Source: Blepharisma stoltei ATCC 30299
Lineage: Eukaryota > Protista > Ciliophora
Direction of reading: 5' to 3'
DNA: 64,000 nt
Assembly: GCA_965603825.1 (NCBI GenBank)
Contig: CBFDEM010000006.1
Span: forward strand, 124,001 to 188,000
The translations under genes were made by a program, and so were the position numbers. Below the pieces are notes generated by a model. It did no database searches and had not been told where the DNA came from. It saw only the letters and a list, made by a program, of their open reading frames with translations. Shown here one piece after another: positions 1 to 14,067 of this stretch (the stretch's first letter is position 1; the number at the start of each line of letters is the position of its first letter).

Positions 1-1846
1 TTCTGGTACTTCAAACACGGCAAATTGTCAATGTGACTATGGTCTTGCCTGGAACTCAAGTTCAGGAATGTGTGCAACTTGCCATCAATGGCAATTCAAA
101 GAAAACGATTCTTGCTATGATTGTCCTCCTCTTTGTGCTCAATGTGATAGTGAAAATAAATGCACATGGTGCATTAACAATGCTGTGCTGAGCTCTGGAG
201 GCTGCATTTGCTCTCCTGGATATACAGGAATATCTAATTGCACAATCATCCCCTTTAATGTTACTCTCGTCATCAACCAAAATAATACCCTGATTTTGAC
301 CTTCAGTGATGCCTTAAAGCAGGATTTACAAAACGAGCAACTTTTGGTCAAAATAAATAATCATACGATTCCATCATGGTCAATTTCTAAAATATCAAGC
401 ACACAATGTTTAGTATCGTGTGACTTTGATGGAAAGATATCAGAGGGCACTAATTTTACAGTCCATTTTATAAATTCAACAAGTATTGCATCTATCTCTG
501 GAGGTTTACTTTATGAAGAGTATTTATCAGGCTCTTTATATGAGTCTGTAATGACTTCAGAAGAGCAAGAAGTGGCTCAAATTCAAAAAGCAAGTCTCTT
601 CTGGGGTAAAAGCTTTAGCTGGGTTAAGTGTAGCTTTAGCAATGCTCAATCCAAATCCTTCAGCATTATGAACTATGCTGAACACCGTTCAGTTTTTTTC
701 CTACATACCCTATGCAAGATACCCTATAACAGATAAAGTTTCTGCGTTTTTGAAGTCAATGAATGACTTCAATTTTGTTCCAAACTTGTTTTTACTGTTT
801 ATTGATGAAAACCAAAGTAATCCTCCTTATTATGGGCGAGAAAATTTGGATATGAAAGCTCATTGATACTTGTAAATATTGGAAATGATATAACTGTTCT
901 TTGCGGTGTTATAATAGTAATCCCTGTAGTCTATTACTTTTCTAAATGCTCACAAAGATTCATTGGAAAGAAATTAAAAAAAGTACTTAGAGAGTATAAA
1001 TTTGGTACATTTTTACGATTTTGGATTGTATGTTATCTTGAAGTTGGTTTTACCTCCATAATTGGGATTTTGAGTACAGAAGATTATGGAAGATTAGAAA
1101 ATCCACTTAGATTGACTAATTATCTACTTTGCTGATTTTTTATTGTAATGATAATTTAGATACTTATTGCAATAACTCCTTTTATTCATGCATATTTTAG
1201 TTTCAAAAATTCAAGCAAAATTATAAATAGAAAAAATAGGAAATGGTTTGCAAATTGAAGTTCCTTGTATTACGAATTCAAGAATAATAAAGGATTTATG
1301 AGCACGCAATATTATACCCTATATTTTACAAGGCGCTTGATTTTTATTATTACTCAAGTGTTTTTAAATGATTTTCCTCAAAGTCAGCTCACAATAAATG
1401 CAGTATCATCTTTATGTGTAAGCTTTATATAGATTGCTCTATTCTTAATTTTTTATCGTCCTTTTGATAACTTTGTTATTCAGGCAACAAATTTAATTAC
1501 TGAGTTTGGAATTTTTGCTATTTTCACGCTACTTACTCCTTATTTTTTTGATCTAAGTCCAGCCGTGACTAATATTATGGACAATATAATTATGCATTCT
1601 GTGATCTCAGTAATGCTAGTGCAAGCAGTTGGGCCTCTAATAAATTCTATAAAAGAAGTTTATTATGTTGCTAAAAGAAGTATGAGTAAAGAAATTTATC
1701 AAGAAAAAAAGATTGCTAAAAATGAGAAAATGGATGCTATAAATACTTGGACAATACCTTCGGAGCCACCATGCCAAACAAGTTGCAGAATAATCAGCAG
1801 TAAAAACGATATTAGCATAGAAAGAAAATATGATTTATATCAATAA
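1..1846 (+). pseudogene. 3' part (5'-truncated by window) of a paralog of the giant Cys-rich multi-TM surface protein; two frameshifts (possible pseudogene or assembly indels)
   Basis: Aligns to 12050-13902 of the downstream gene (SGTSNTANCQCDYGLAWNS vs SGTSNITNCQCDYGLAWNS). There is an extra A in the A-run at 585-589 and a 1-nt loss near 833-836. 15-nt introns at 1145-1159 and 1418-1432 match the paralog's intron positions. TGA read as Trp; stop TAA at 1844-1846. Confidence 0.8.
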
Positions 1847-2239
1847 TCGTAAAGCATAAATTATATTTTTAATATATTAGAAATAAAGAATTTATTTTTT
1901 TTAATTTCATCTGCACTCCTAACAATTTTTATTGAAGTCACACTAAACAATTTATCTAGCCTTAGTAATATATAGGAATCTCGTATACATAAAAAGGCCA
2001 GAAATTAGCAAAAGTCCTTTCAGTAACAGGATCATTATATGTACCCGACAAGATTTTTGATATCTATTTATAGCCCAGCCATATTTAGTAGCTTTGAAGT
2101 AGAGCACTACTCTAGACTATCCTTTATATATTAGAAGTCATTTTGCATGCTAAAGTTAAATTTTTACTGATTTTCATGATAAAATAACCAGGCATAAGAG
2201 CAAGGAAAATTAATTTTCTAAAGATAATGCAAGTTTTAT

Positions 2240-2850
2240 CAATTTTTATTATTACCCAAGTACTCTTAATTGACTTTCCTAAAGTCAACTTACAATAAAT
2301 GCAGTTTAATCTTTACGTGAATGCTTTATATAGATTGCTCTATTTTTAATTTTTCATCAGCCTTTTGATGACTGTGCTATTCAGGCAAAAACTTAATTAC
2401 TGAGTCTGGAATTTTGTTATTTTATGCTCATCAGTCCATATTTTTTTATCTCGATTCTGCTAGGATTAATATAATCTAAAAAAATTCAGGCATAATTGTA
2501 TTTTGTGTAGAACTCATGGCTTTTCAGAGAATTGGGCCTCTTATAAATTTTCTAAAAGAAGTTTATTATGATGCTAAAAGAAGTATCAATAAAGAAATTT
2601 ATCAAGCAGAAAAGAACTAAAAATGAAAAAGGATTATTAGAAATACTTAAACAATAACTTCCGAAGCACCTGCCAACCAACTTTAGAACAATTAAAAAAA
2701 GACACTAAAATAGAAACTAAATAAAGTATGTATCAATAATTTTATACTAAAAATATTTTTTAATATATTCGACACAAAGCATTTTTTTTTATTAATTTCA
2801 CTAGCATACCTGATGATTATTTTATTGAAATCATGCTAAAATTTATATAG
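2240..2850 (+). pseudogene. Decayed duplicate of the 3' end and 3' flank of the upstream surface-protein gene
   Basis: Colinear similarity to ~1340-1960 (e.g. tttttattattacccaag, acaataaatgcagt, ttaattactgagt, aaaagaagtttattatg, gctaaaagaagtat). Many 1-nt deletions, in-frame TAA stops and a corrupted intron donor (gtgaatgctttatatag). Confidence 0.8.
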
Positions 2851-3051
2851 CTTATTATCAATTATATTATTTAATATATTTGTTGGTATAAAGCATAAAT
2901 AAATTCTTAGAGAAAACTTATTCAGATGGCATTTTTATTATTTCATTACCAATACATTAGAGCATTGAAATTTCTAATATAATTTATTATAAAATTTGCT
3001 AGCTTATACAAAATTTATAAATATAAAAAATTAATGACGTAATAAATATAA

Positions 3052-6000
3052 ATGAAAGTTCTCCTATTTCATGTTGCCTTGGTTTATCTCAATTTCTTGC
3101 TCTGCTGTTCACTTGATCCCTCAACTATCATATTAGCAGTCAATGCAGGAGGCTCAGCTTATACTTCTTCATTTGGTTTTTCATACACTGATGATAATTA
3201 TTATACCTCAGGAAGCAGCACTTATACAAACTCAGGTGCTTCAATAGCCAGTACAGTGAATGATTTTGTTTATGATTCCGAAAGATTCAACTCAGCGACC
3301 TGAGGCTATGATCTCCCAGTCAGTGCAGACGGGACATATGTGCTGATCCTTCAATTTGCTGAAATTTATTACACAAATACAAATAAGAGAGTCTTTACTG
3401 TAAAAATTGGAAGCTATGCTGTTGCTACTAATTTAGACCTTGTAGCATCTGCAGGAGCATTAACTGCTTATGATATTTTTACAACTTTTACCTTGTCAAG
3501 TGAAACCGTTTCGATTGGTGGAAATGCAATAACTGGAGCTTATTCAAGTGGGAAATTGGTCATTAGGTTTTATAAAAACATAGAAAATCCTAAAATTTCA
3601 GGAGTCATTTTGGTGAGTGGAGATTGCAGTGTGGCTGATTACTGTAATATGTGTTATCAAGTAAGATGTATGGTTTGCAATGTGGCTGCTCTTACATGCA
3701 CGACTTGTATTGCTAATGCTAGCCCTGTTAGTGGAGTATGCCAATGCAATGCAGGAACTTATTGGGTGACGCCGTCAAGAACCTGCGTTTTTTGTGATAA
3801 TTTATGTATATCATGTAGCTCGGATAATTTTATTTGTGCAACTTGTTCGGGAACAAATGTGTTAGTTTCTAGCGTATGCTTAAGAGCTTGCCCATATGGA
3901 TTTGGCACATCTTGTGCTTCAGTTTCAACAGCGGTTATAGATCAAAACTTTGTTGATTATTTTTACGGAGCTTATGGTTTATTTAGAACAGGGACAAGCT
4001 CAAGTAGTTATTATTTTTTTAATTCTCCTGAAGCAGTTGATCCTATCCCAGCTAAAAATCGAGGGCTTTATTTTTCTGGAGGTTCATACCTGCAAACAAC
4101 TTCAACTGTTTATATTTCACTTAATTTTTCAATTGGGATGTGGGTTTGAATATTATCAGGATCAGGAGATATCTTGACAAATAGCTCAGGATATAAAATA
4201 GCCATTTCTGCTCTTGGCATTATGACTATTGTACTAGAGAGCAAGACAGAATCTACAACTACAATAACAACTGTAGCGCTTAATCCTTCAAATTCAGCTT
4301 GAGTTTATATGTCATTCATTATTTCATTTTCATCATCTACTACTTCAACTACTATTGTTCCCTATTTAAATAATTCTCCTCAAACATCTGCAACATCTAG
4401 TGGATATATATATAGGGATGCTGTAAATAATGTATTAATTCTTGGAAAAAGCTCTTCAAGCAATTATTTAGGATATATTTATCAATTTACTCTATGAAAT
4501 GTTGCAACCTCAAATTTCAATACTCAATATTCAAACCAAATATGTGGCTCAGGAGCAATAGCTAGTTGTCTTTGGACATGCCCCCTATCTCAGTGGATGA
4601 ATGGGTCAACACCCACAAATTGCAACTCTTGCACAAACGGTTGTGTAAGAAATGTATCCTGTAATGTTTGCTATGACCCTCTTTGCAGCGTATGCACAGG
4701 ATTCTTAACAGGTCTCTGCACACAATGTGTTTCTAATGCATCTGGAACTCCATGTTCTTGTAATATTGGATACATGCTATCTGCTGATGGTTTTTCATGC
4801 ATACCCTGCTTTACTGGATGTGCTTCGTGCACTGGAACTTCTTATTATCAATGCAATTCTTGTTTTTCTAGCTATTATTTATTAAAAAATTTATGTCTTA
4901 CATATTGTCCTTCTGGATATACAGCTGATTCAGCAGGGCATTCTTGCACTTTATCTAATTCAAACCCTTTAAGTATCGCTCTCCAGAATTTGATTCAATT
5001 GGACACAGTAAGTGGAGTTTCAGTAGGATCATCAAATACAAATACTTATCCAGGCTGAGAAACAACAGATCCGATCCCTTCAATTTATAGAGGCTACTAC
5101 TTTTCAGGAAGTAATTTTATGAGCCTTTCATCATTCACACTCAGCCCATATTTTTCATTTTTGATTTGGATAAAACCTTTAAATGATGGATATTTATTTA
5201 TGAAATTTGATGGTACTACAAAATATTCTTTTATTGTTTTTTCATCTGGAATTCCTTCTCTGAATATCCAGCTTGCAGATTCAAGTTCTTTTAGCGTAAG
5301 TGGCTCTTCAAGTATTTTATCTGGATGGCATTATATAGCCTTTACTGGAGGTCTTTCATCTGGAAATACTGTTATTTCTCTATCAATTGATGGAATGTCT
5401 GCTACGTCAGCTACTTCTGCCTCATTTTCATATTATAAGGACCTTGGCTCACTTTATATTGCGAAAGATACAACAGCATCAGCAGGCTTTACTGGCTTTT
5501 TATGAAGTTTAAAAATTTATAATGATAATACTTATGCAGCACAAGAATGAAAAACATCAGGATGCTCTGGATGTACTACTTGTCCTTCTGAGCTGATCTG
5601 TCCAGATAGCTGTCCTTTTGGGCAATTTTATTCAACCTCTTGCATTTCTTGTACTGGCTCATGCCCTTATGGGTGCAGATCAACTTTCACTTGTAGACTT
5701 TGCAAAGATAAAGAATGTCTTGCGTGCACGACTTTTGATGGTCCTTGCACATCCTGTATAACAAATGCTAGTATATCAGGAGCCACATGTGTTTGCAATA
5801 ATAATGCGTTTTGGGAACAAAGTTCAGATGGTTGCCAAATTTGTGATGATTTATGCAGTCAGTGTCAAACAAATAAATACTTTTTATGCTCATCTTGTGT
5901 AGCAACTTTTACTCTTGTTTCAGATATTTGTCTAAGAGGTTGCCCTTACGGATTTACAAGTCCATGCACAGCAGTTACTTCACCTGTAATAGATGTATCA

Positions 6001-9000
6001 TTTAGTGGAGATTTTCAGGGAACTTATTCAATTTTTACTACTGGAACAAGTTCAAGTTCCTACCAATTCTTTAATTCACCTGAAACAGTGGATCCCATCC
6101 CTGCAAAGCAAAGAGGTCTCTATTTCAATGGAAATCAATATTTACTGTCAAATACAAATATATATCTTTCGCACAGTTTTGCAATGGGTCTCTGAATTTA
6201 TGTAACAGCTGTAGGAGACATTTTATCAAATTCTAGGATTACTGTCGATTCAACTGGCTCTATAAAAATATCATTAGAAAGTCCATTAGAAGCAACTTCA
6301 TCTCAAACTCTATCAAGTTCTTCATTTTCAATATGAATTTTCTTATCATTTACTTCTTCATTTAACAGTCCTACGATTGCAACTACTTTGTCAATATATA
6401 ATAATAACAACCAAGTCGCATCATCAACTTATAACACTCTTATTTATAGAGATCAAACTAATGAAAAAATTAAAATCGGTGGCAGTTCAACGTCTTATTT
6501 TACAGGATTTATATATAATTACAAGCTCTGAAACGTTGCGGTTTTTGATTTTTCGACACAACTAAATGAAATTTGCGGCTCTGGATTACTAGCCTCCTGT
6601 CTATGGGAGTGCGATATTATCGATTATTCCGTCTCATCAGCATGCATAAATTGCGATGCAGGCTGCAGTTTAGGCTGCACGAGAAATGGATCATGCAATA
6701 TTTGTGATGACCCCCTTTGTAGTGTTTGTACTGGATTTGCATCAAATAAATGCACCACTTGTGCTACTAATGCATCTGGAACTCCATGTGCTTGTAATAT
6801 TGGATATATGGTATCTTCCGATGGGTTTTCATGTATTCCTTGCTATTCTGGATGTGCTTCATGCACTGGGACTCTATATTATCAATGTAGCTCTTGCCTT
6901 TCAAGCTATTATTTATTAAAAACCATGTGCCTTACTTATTGTCCTTCAGGGTATACAGCTGACTCGTCAGGCCATACTTGCACTTTATCTACATCAAACC
7001 CTTTAAGTATTGCTCTCCAAAATTTGATTCAGTTGGACACAGTAAACGGGGTATCAGTAGGATCTTCAAGCATAAATACTTATCCTACTTGGGAAACGGC
7101 TGACCCAATTCCTTCGATTTATAGAGGATATTATTTCTCAGGTAGTAATTATATGAGTCTTGCATCATTTATATTAAGTCCGTATTTTTCACTGCTAGTT
7201 TGGGTCAAACCTCTAAATGATGGATATTTATTTATGAAATTCGATGGAACTACAAAATACTGCTATATTACTTTTTCATCTGGAATCCCTTCCATAAATT
7301 TTCGGCTTATAGATTCAAGTTCTCTTAGCATTAGTGGCTCTTCAAGTATTTTATCTGGATGGCATTATATAGCCTTTACTGGGGATCTTTCATCTGGAAA
7401 TACTGTTATTTCTCTATCAATTGATGGAATGTCTGCTACGTCAGCTACTTCTGCCTCATTTTCATATTATAAGGACCTTGGCTCACTTTATATTGCGAAA
7501 GATACAACAGCATCAGCAGGCTTTACTGGCTTTTTATGAAGTTTAAAAATTTATAATGATAATACTTATGCAGCACAAGAATGAAAAACATCAGGATGCT
7601 CTGGATGTACTACTTGTCCTTCTGAGCTGATCTGCCCAGATAGCTGTCCTTTTGGGCAATTTTATTCAACCTCTTGCATTTCTTGTACTGGCTCATGTCC
7701 TTATGGGTGCAGATCAACTTTCACTTATAGACTTTGCAAAGATAAAGAATGTCTTGCGTGCACAACTTTTGATGGTCCTTGCACATCCTGTATAACAAAT
7801 GCCAGTATATCAGGAACCACATGTGTTTGCAATAATAATGCGTTTTGGGAACAAAGCTCAGACGGCTGCCAAATTTGTGATAATTTATGCAGTCAGTGTC
7901 AAACAAATAAATACTTTGTCTGCTCATCTTGTGTGGCAACTTATACTCTTGTTTCAAATGTTTGTCTAAGAGATTGCCCTTACGGATTTACAAGTCCATG
8001 TGTGACAGTTACTTCATCTGTATTAGATGTATCATTTAATGGAGATTTTCAAGGAACTTATTCAATTTTTACTACTGGAACAAGTTCAAGTTCCTACCAA
8101 TTCTTTAATTCACCTGAAACAGTGGATCCCATTCCTGCAAAGCAAAGAGGTCTCTATTTCAATGGAAGTCAATATTTACTGTCAAATACAAATATATATC
8201 TTTCGCACAGTTTTGCAATGGGTCTCTGAATTTATGTAACAGCTGTAGGAGACATTTTATCAAATTCTAGGATTACTATCGATTCAACTGGCTCTATAAA
8301 AATACCATTAGAAAGTCCATTAGAAGCAACTTCATCTCTAACTCTATCAAGTCCTTCATTTGCAATGTGAATTTTTTTGTCATTTACTTCTTCATTTAAC
8401 AGTCCTACGATTGCAACTACTTTGACAATATATAATAATAACAACCAAGCCGCATCATCAACTTATAATACTCTTATCTATAGAGATCAAACTAATGAAA
8501 AAATTAAAATCGGTGGCAGTTCAACGTCTTATTTTACAGGATTTATATATAATTACAAGCTCTGAAACGTTGCGGTTTTTGATTTTTCGACACAACTAAA
8601 TGAAATTTGCGGCTCTGGATTACTAGCCTCCTGTCTATGGGAGTGCGATATTATCGATTATTCAGTCTCATCAGCATGCATGAATTGCGATGCAGGCTGC
8701 AGTTTAGGATGCACAAGAACTGGGTCATGCAATATTTGTGACGATCCTCTTTGTAGTGTTTGCACTGGGTTTGATACAAATAAATGCAGCTCATGTGTTT
8801 CTCATGCTCATAATACACCATGCAGCTGCGATTCAGATTACTATTTATTTCCTGACGGCTTTTCTTGCTTACCCTGCTTTACTGGGTGCTCTACCTGCTC
8901 GTCATCACATTATTACCAATGCTCAGCATGCGATTCTTCATTTTATTTATTAAATGTCCTATGCGATGCACAATGCCCGAGCGGCTATAGCCAAAACTCA

Positions 9001-12000
9001 GTCACGAATAAATGTGATTTGACTAATAATTTGGTTATTGATTTGGAGCTCAATGATTATATAGTTCTTGATATTTTATCAGGATTTACCGTTGGGAGCA
9101 GTAATGCAAACTCTTATCCAATTTTTGATGCAAATGACCCTATTCCAGCTATTAATCGTGGATATTATTTTACTGATCAAAGCTACATGAGTGGGTTTAT
9201 TGTTTTTAGTCCTTATTTCTCAGTCATGCTATGAGTCAAAGTTTTAGATCAAGGGGTTTTAATTGAAAAATACAATGGTAGCGTTATATATTTTTCTATA
9301 AAAATTGATAGCAGTGGATATCAGAGTCTTAATTTGTTACTTAAAGATGGATCATCGCTAAATTCAATCTGTTCTCAAAATATATTCATGGATTGGCATT
9401 ACTTGTCGTTTTCTGGGACAATAAATGGAGATGGAACATATAGCTCCAATCTTTATGTCGATACCAATTTACTAATAACAAGTACTTCTACATCTGAAAC
9501 ATACTTACGAGATAATGCTTCTGGAATTTTTCTGATTGGCTCTGATCAAACATCTAAAACTGGCTTCAAAGGATTTCTATGAAATTTAAAAATTTATAAT
9601 GATGAGAGTCATGCAAACTCTGCATGAGTATCTACAGCTTGTACTATCAATCCTTGTACAAGCTGCACAAGTGGAGATTTCTGTCCTAGCTCTTGCTCAT
9701 TGGATAATTACCCAAGCAGCTCTGCTTGTGCTTCATGCAGGAGTTCTTCGTGTTCTTATGGATGCAGAAGCGATCTGACATGTCGACTTTGTAGAGAAAA
9801 AGAATGCTATTCTTGTATATCATTCTCAAATAAGTGCTTAACCTGCATCACAAATGCTGGATTTGTAGGAAACTCATGCCAATGCAATCTAAATGCTTAT
9901 TGAAATGGGAATACAGAGACTTGTGACCTTTGCCACACGATCTGTACATCTTGCTCTGGGCCTTCTTTTACAGAATGCATTCAATGTGGATCTTCCTTGT
10001 TTATGCTCTCAAACGTTTGTTTAGAGTTTTGTCCTTCAGGATATACTATAAGTGGTAATCAATGTATATTATCTAATGAACTGGCTTTCAGCTTGAGGCT
10101 AAGCCAGATAAAAGATATTGTTTATGACTCAGTAGGAAATGTAGCTTTTCAAACAGGAAATGATAATAGTTTTTACCCTTTCTATACTACTGAAGATCCG
10201 TATGCAGCAATACAGAGAGGGTATTATTTTAGAGGGACATCATTTATGAAATCAATTGATAATCCTCCATCCTTTACTTTTGGAGCGGAATTTACAATAT
10301 CAGCATGAATAAATCCAACTTTAGATTCTGGGTACTTAATTTCTAAGCAAGAAAACTCACTTTCAAGTTTTCTGACTTTTTCATTGAGCTCAGGAAAGCT
10401 TAATTTTTTAATGAAATTAAAAGATGGGACAACAGTTTCATATACAACTTCAGCTTTATCAGTCACTTTAGGATCTTGAAATTTTATTGCTGTCAAAAGT
10501 TTAATTAGCCAAACCCCCCAACAGATAATTTCATTTTACATAGATTCTTCTAATGAAATATCATCTGATCTTAGATCCTCATGGTATCAAGATATTTCTT
10601 CATCATTTTTTATATCATTTGGAACTAGCTCTGATTTAAATTCGAATTTTTATACAGGTTTCTTATGAAATATCAATGTTTATAACATTGATGAGCCTAC
10701 AATAAATATCATAATTTCTGGGACTTGCTCAGGCTGCTCATTATGTCCTATAGAATTATCAAATTCCTGCATTCCAAATTGTGACTTACCCTATTATCCT
10801 AATACTTTAGCTTGCTCTTCATGCCAAACTCAATGTATATGAGGATGCGTAAGAGATGATAAAAATTGCAATTTATGTCAGGACGTAATTTGCTTGGTAT
10901 GTGATGATTATACATCAACCTGCATAGCCTGCAGAGATCATGCTTATTTATCTTCTACAGTATGTGCATGTTATGATGGATATTACTGGGATTTGACAAA
11001 TGAAGAATGCGCCTTATGTGATTATACCTGCAAAAATTGTACAGCTTCAACCTCTGGAGACTGCATTGTTTGTGCATCTGGATTTTATAAGTATTTAGGA
11101 TGGTGCATTTCTAAATGTCCTGATGGTTTTATGGAAAGTGGATCAGTGTGTGTAGAAAAGAATACTTTTATTTTTTATTTAGATTTTGATACTTTAGAAG
11201 GAGTGGTTATTGATAAACAGAGCAAAATTCCAGCGCTGACTGGAAACAGCACAGCCTTTTACCCAGATTATGATGAGTTTGATCCAATAGCTGCTTCATA
11301 TAGAGGGTTTTATTTTAATGGAGTAAACTCAGTTATGCATTTACCTATTTATCCAGGTTATAAAAGCCCTGTTCTTTGTTTTGGATATTCTTTTACTTTT
11401 TCTATATGGATAAATGCAGAGAATGGCTATGGAATGATTGTATCAAAGCAAGATTTACTTTATAACTCGATTTTCTCTATCCAATTGGTAGCTGGAGTTG
11501 TAATGGCTTCATTAAATTTTAAAGCTAGTGGATTAAATTCTTTTTTTTACTTACAGAATCTCGAATCTTATCATTGAAATCATATTGCATTTACAGCTGT
11601 CTATACAGCTTTAAAGCAGACAAAAATGTCATTCTATTTAAACGGAATTATTGATAATCAATTCGATCTTGGATCTGATTATTTTAAAGATACTAACGTT
11701 GATATAACTTTTACATTGGGTGCAGCTAAAGAAGCATTAGGCTATTCAAATTATTTTAAAGGATTTATATATGATATCAAGGGCTATAACTCAGTCAAAA
11801 TTATTTCATCCCTTGCATTACCTACACCTCAATGCGCAGAAAACTGCAAAGCATGCTTGACCACTGGAGTCTGTATCCCTAACTGCTTCATTAGCCAATA
11901 TTGAATTGGCCCACAATATAATAAATGCGCCTACTGTAATAGTGCCTGCTTAAGCTGCAAAGATTCCAGCAAATTCTGCAATCTTTGCGATAACCCAAAA

Positions 12001-13902
12001 TGCACCTTATGCACTGATTATACTGCAGATTCCTGCCTTGAGTGTGCTTCTGGCACCTCTAACATTACAAATTGCCAATGTGACTATGGTCTTGCTTGGA
12101 ACTCAACCTCAGGAATATGTGAGGCTTGCCATCAATGGCAATTCAAAGCAAACGACTCCTGCTATGACTGTCCTCCTCTTTGTGCTCAATGTGATAACGA
12201 GAACAAATGCACATGATGTATTAATAATGCTGAGTTAACCTCTGGAAAATGCAATTGCTCTCCTGGATATATAGGAAATACAACTTGTATATATGTTCCA
12301 TTCAATGCTACACTTACAGTCAATTTAAATAATACTCTCATTTTAAGCTTCAGCGATTTTCTTATAGCAAATCTGGCAAGTGATCAAATTTATATAGAAA
12401 TTTTCAACCAGACAGTGGAGTCATTTTCAGTTAGATATATTTCAAACAAAAGCTACCTTATAGTGTGTGATTTTGGAGGAGGCATTAAAAGAGGCACAGT
12501 AGTTACAGTATATTTTATAAATCCAAGACAAATTGAGTCAGTTTCTGGGGGTCTAATTTATAAAAATTATTTATCAGGAATTCTATATAATTCGCTCAAA
12601 ACCTCTGAAGAACGAGAAATAGAACAAATCCAAAACCAAGTTTCTGCAGGGGTAAAAGTCTTGGTTGGGATGGGAGCCCTTATAGCAATGCTTAATCCAA
12701 GTATTTCTGGATTTTGAACAATGCTGAATACTATTCAACTTTTAGCGTATATACCTTATGCAAGCTATCCTTTGACAGATAAAGCTATTGCATTTTTTAA
12801 AGCAATGAATGGGTTTAATTTTGTCCCTAATGTTTTTTCATTGTTTTTGGATGAAGCGCAAGGAAATACTCCATACTATCAGGCAGAGAGATATGGATAT
12901 GATAGTGATTTAATTCTGATAAATATAGGAAATGATGTGACAATATTGTGCGCTATTATATTGATGATGCCTTTAACGTTTTACTTGTCTAAATGCTCAG
13001 AGAGACATGTAGGACGAAAACTGAAAAAAATTTACTATGAGTACAAATTCGGGGTATTTTTAAGATTTTGAATAATGATATATTTAGAGGCTGGCTTTGC
13101 TGCTATTGTTGGTATTATCAGCTCAAGCAGCTCTGAGATTCATCCAGGTGTTGTAGGGTTCACCAATCTCCTTATTTGTTGGGTTTTTATTGTAATATTT
13201 ATTTAGATACTCATTCTCATAACTCCTCTGCTGCTCTCATATTCTGGATATAAAAATTTAAACAATATTGTATATAAAAGAAATAGAAAATGATTAATAC
13301 CATGGAACTCTCTTTATTATGAATTTAAGAACGACTTAGGATTTATGAGCACACAATATTATACTCTATTTTTCATAAGAAGATTGCTTTTCATTGCAAC
13401 TCAAGTCTTTTTAAATGACTTCCCCGAGAGTCAGCTCACCATTAATACAGTGCTAGCATTATGTGTAATTTTTATATAGATAGCACTATATATTTTTGTT
13501 TATAAACCTTTTGAAGATCCAGTAATTCAAATCACTAATTTAATTACGGAATGTGGGATTTCTATAACTTTTATAATGCTCAGTCCATATTTTTTTGACC
13601 TCAAATCTACTTCACAGGATATTATGGATAACTGTATAATGATTTTCGTTGCTTTCGTTATGGCAGCACAGACAGCTGGCCCCTTAATAAATTCCCTAAA
13701 AGAACTATATTATATTGCTAAAAGAAGTATGTCGAAAGACACACGTTCACGCCCTATAAAATTGTCAAAAAACGGAAAAAGAATAGATTTAAATAACTTA
13801 AATGATTTTTTTGAAAGTGAAACTCCTGCAAATGTGCCTGATTTTAGTGATACAGAGAATCAAAATTTCGAACAAGATCCATCAAACTCAATAAATGAAT
13901 AA
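3052..13902 (+). CDS. Giant (~3606 aa) surface protein: signal peptide, malectin domain, 8 x [furin-like Cys-rich + LamG/ConA-like] modules, C-terminal multi-pass TM domain
   Basis: All ORF-track fragments lie in one frame, joined through ~29 TGA(Trp) codons. Introns at 13192-13206 and 13465-13479. Malectin motifs AVNAGG, YDSERF, YVLILQFAEIYY, RVFTV, NPKISGV. Eight DP(I/Y)xxxxRG(L/Y/F)YF module starts at ~4040, 5070, 6090, 7100, 8125, 9135, 10195 and 11280. CxxC repeats; TM region with WNSLYYEFK and FFIRRLLF. Confidence 0.9.
4640..8710 (+). repeat. Intragenic tandem duplication, period 2034 nt (678 aa, two modules)
   Basis: Constant offset of 2034 (5505/7539, 5993/8027). Long stretches are nearly identical at the nucleotide level, e.g. 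~5300-5690 vs ~7335-7724. Boundaries are approximate. Confidence 0.9.
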
Positions 13903-14067
13903 ATTTTATTTCTAATAGAATAATATGACTTGATAATATATCATTAATTTTTTATTGCATCAGCGGCTTAATAATACCAGGTGAAGGGCTATAGCACAAC
14001 TACTTTAAGAAAAACTATCATTTGCAATTCGCCTATCTTTTAAATAAATCATTTCCTTTTAATTAAT

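Noticed and set aside
3052-13902. In-frame TGA as pseudogene stops, selenocysteine or Cys
   Set aside because: TGA aligns with TGG in repeats and paralogs and with invariant Trp in conserved proteins; it never replaces Cys in CxxC motifs.
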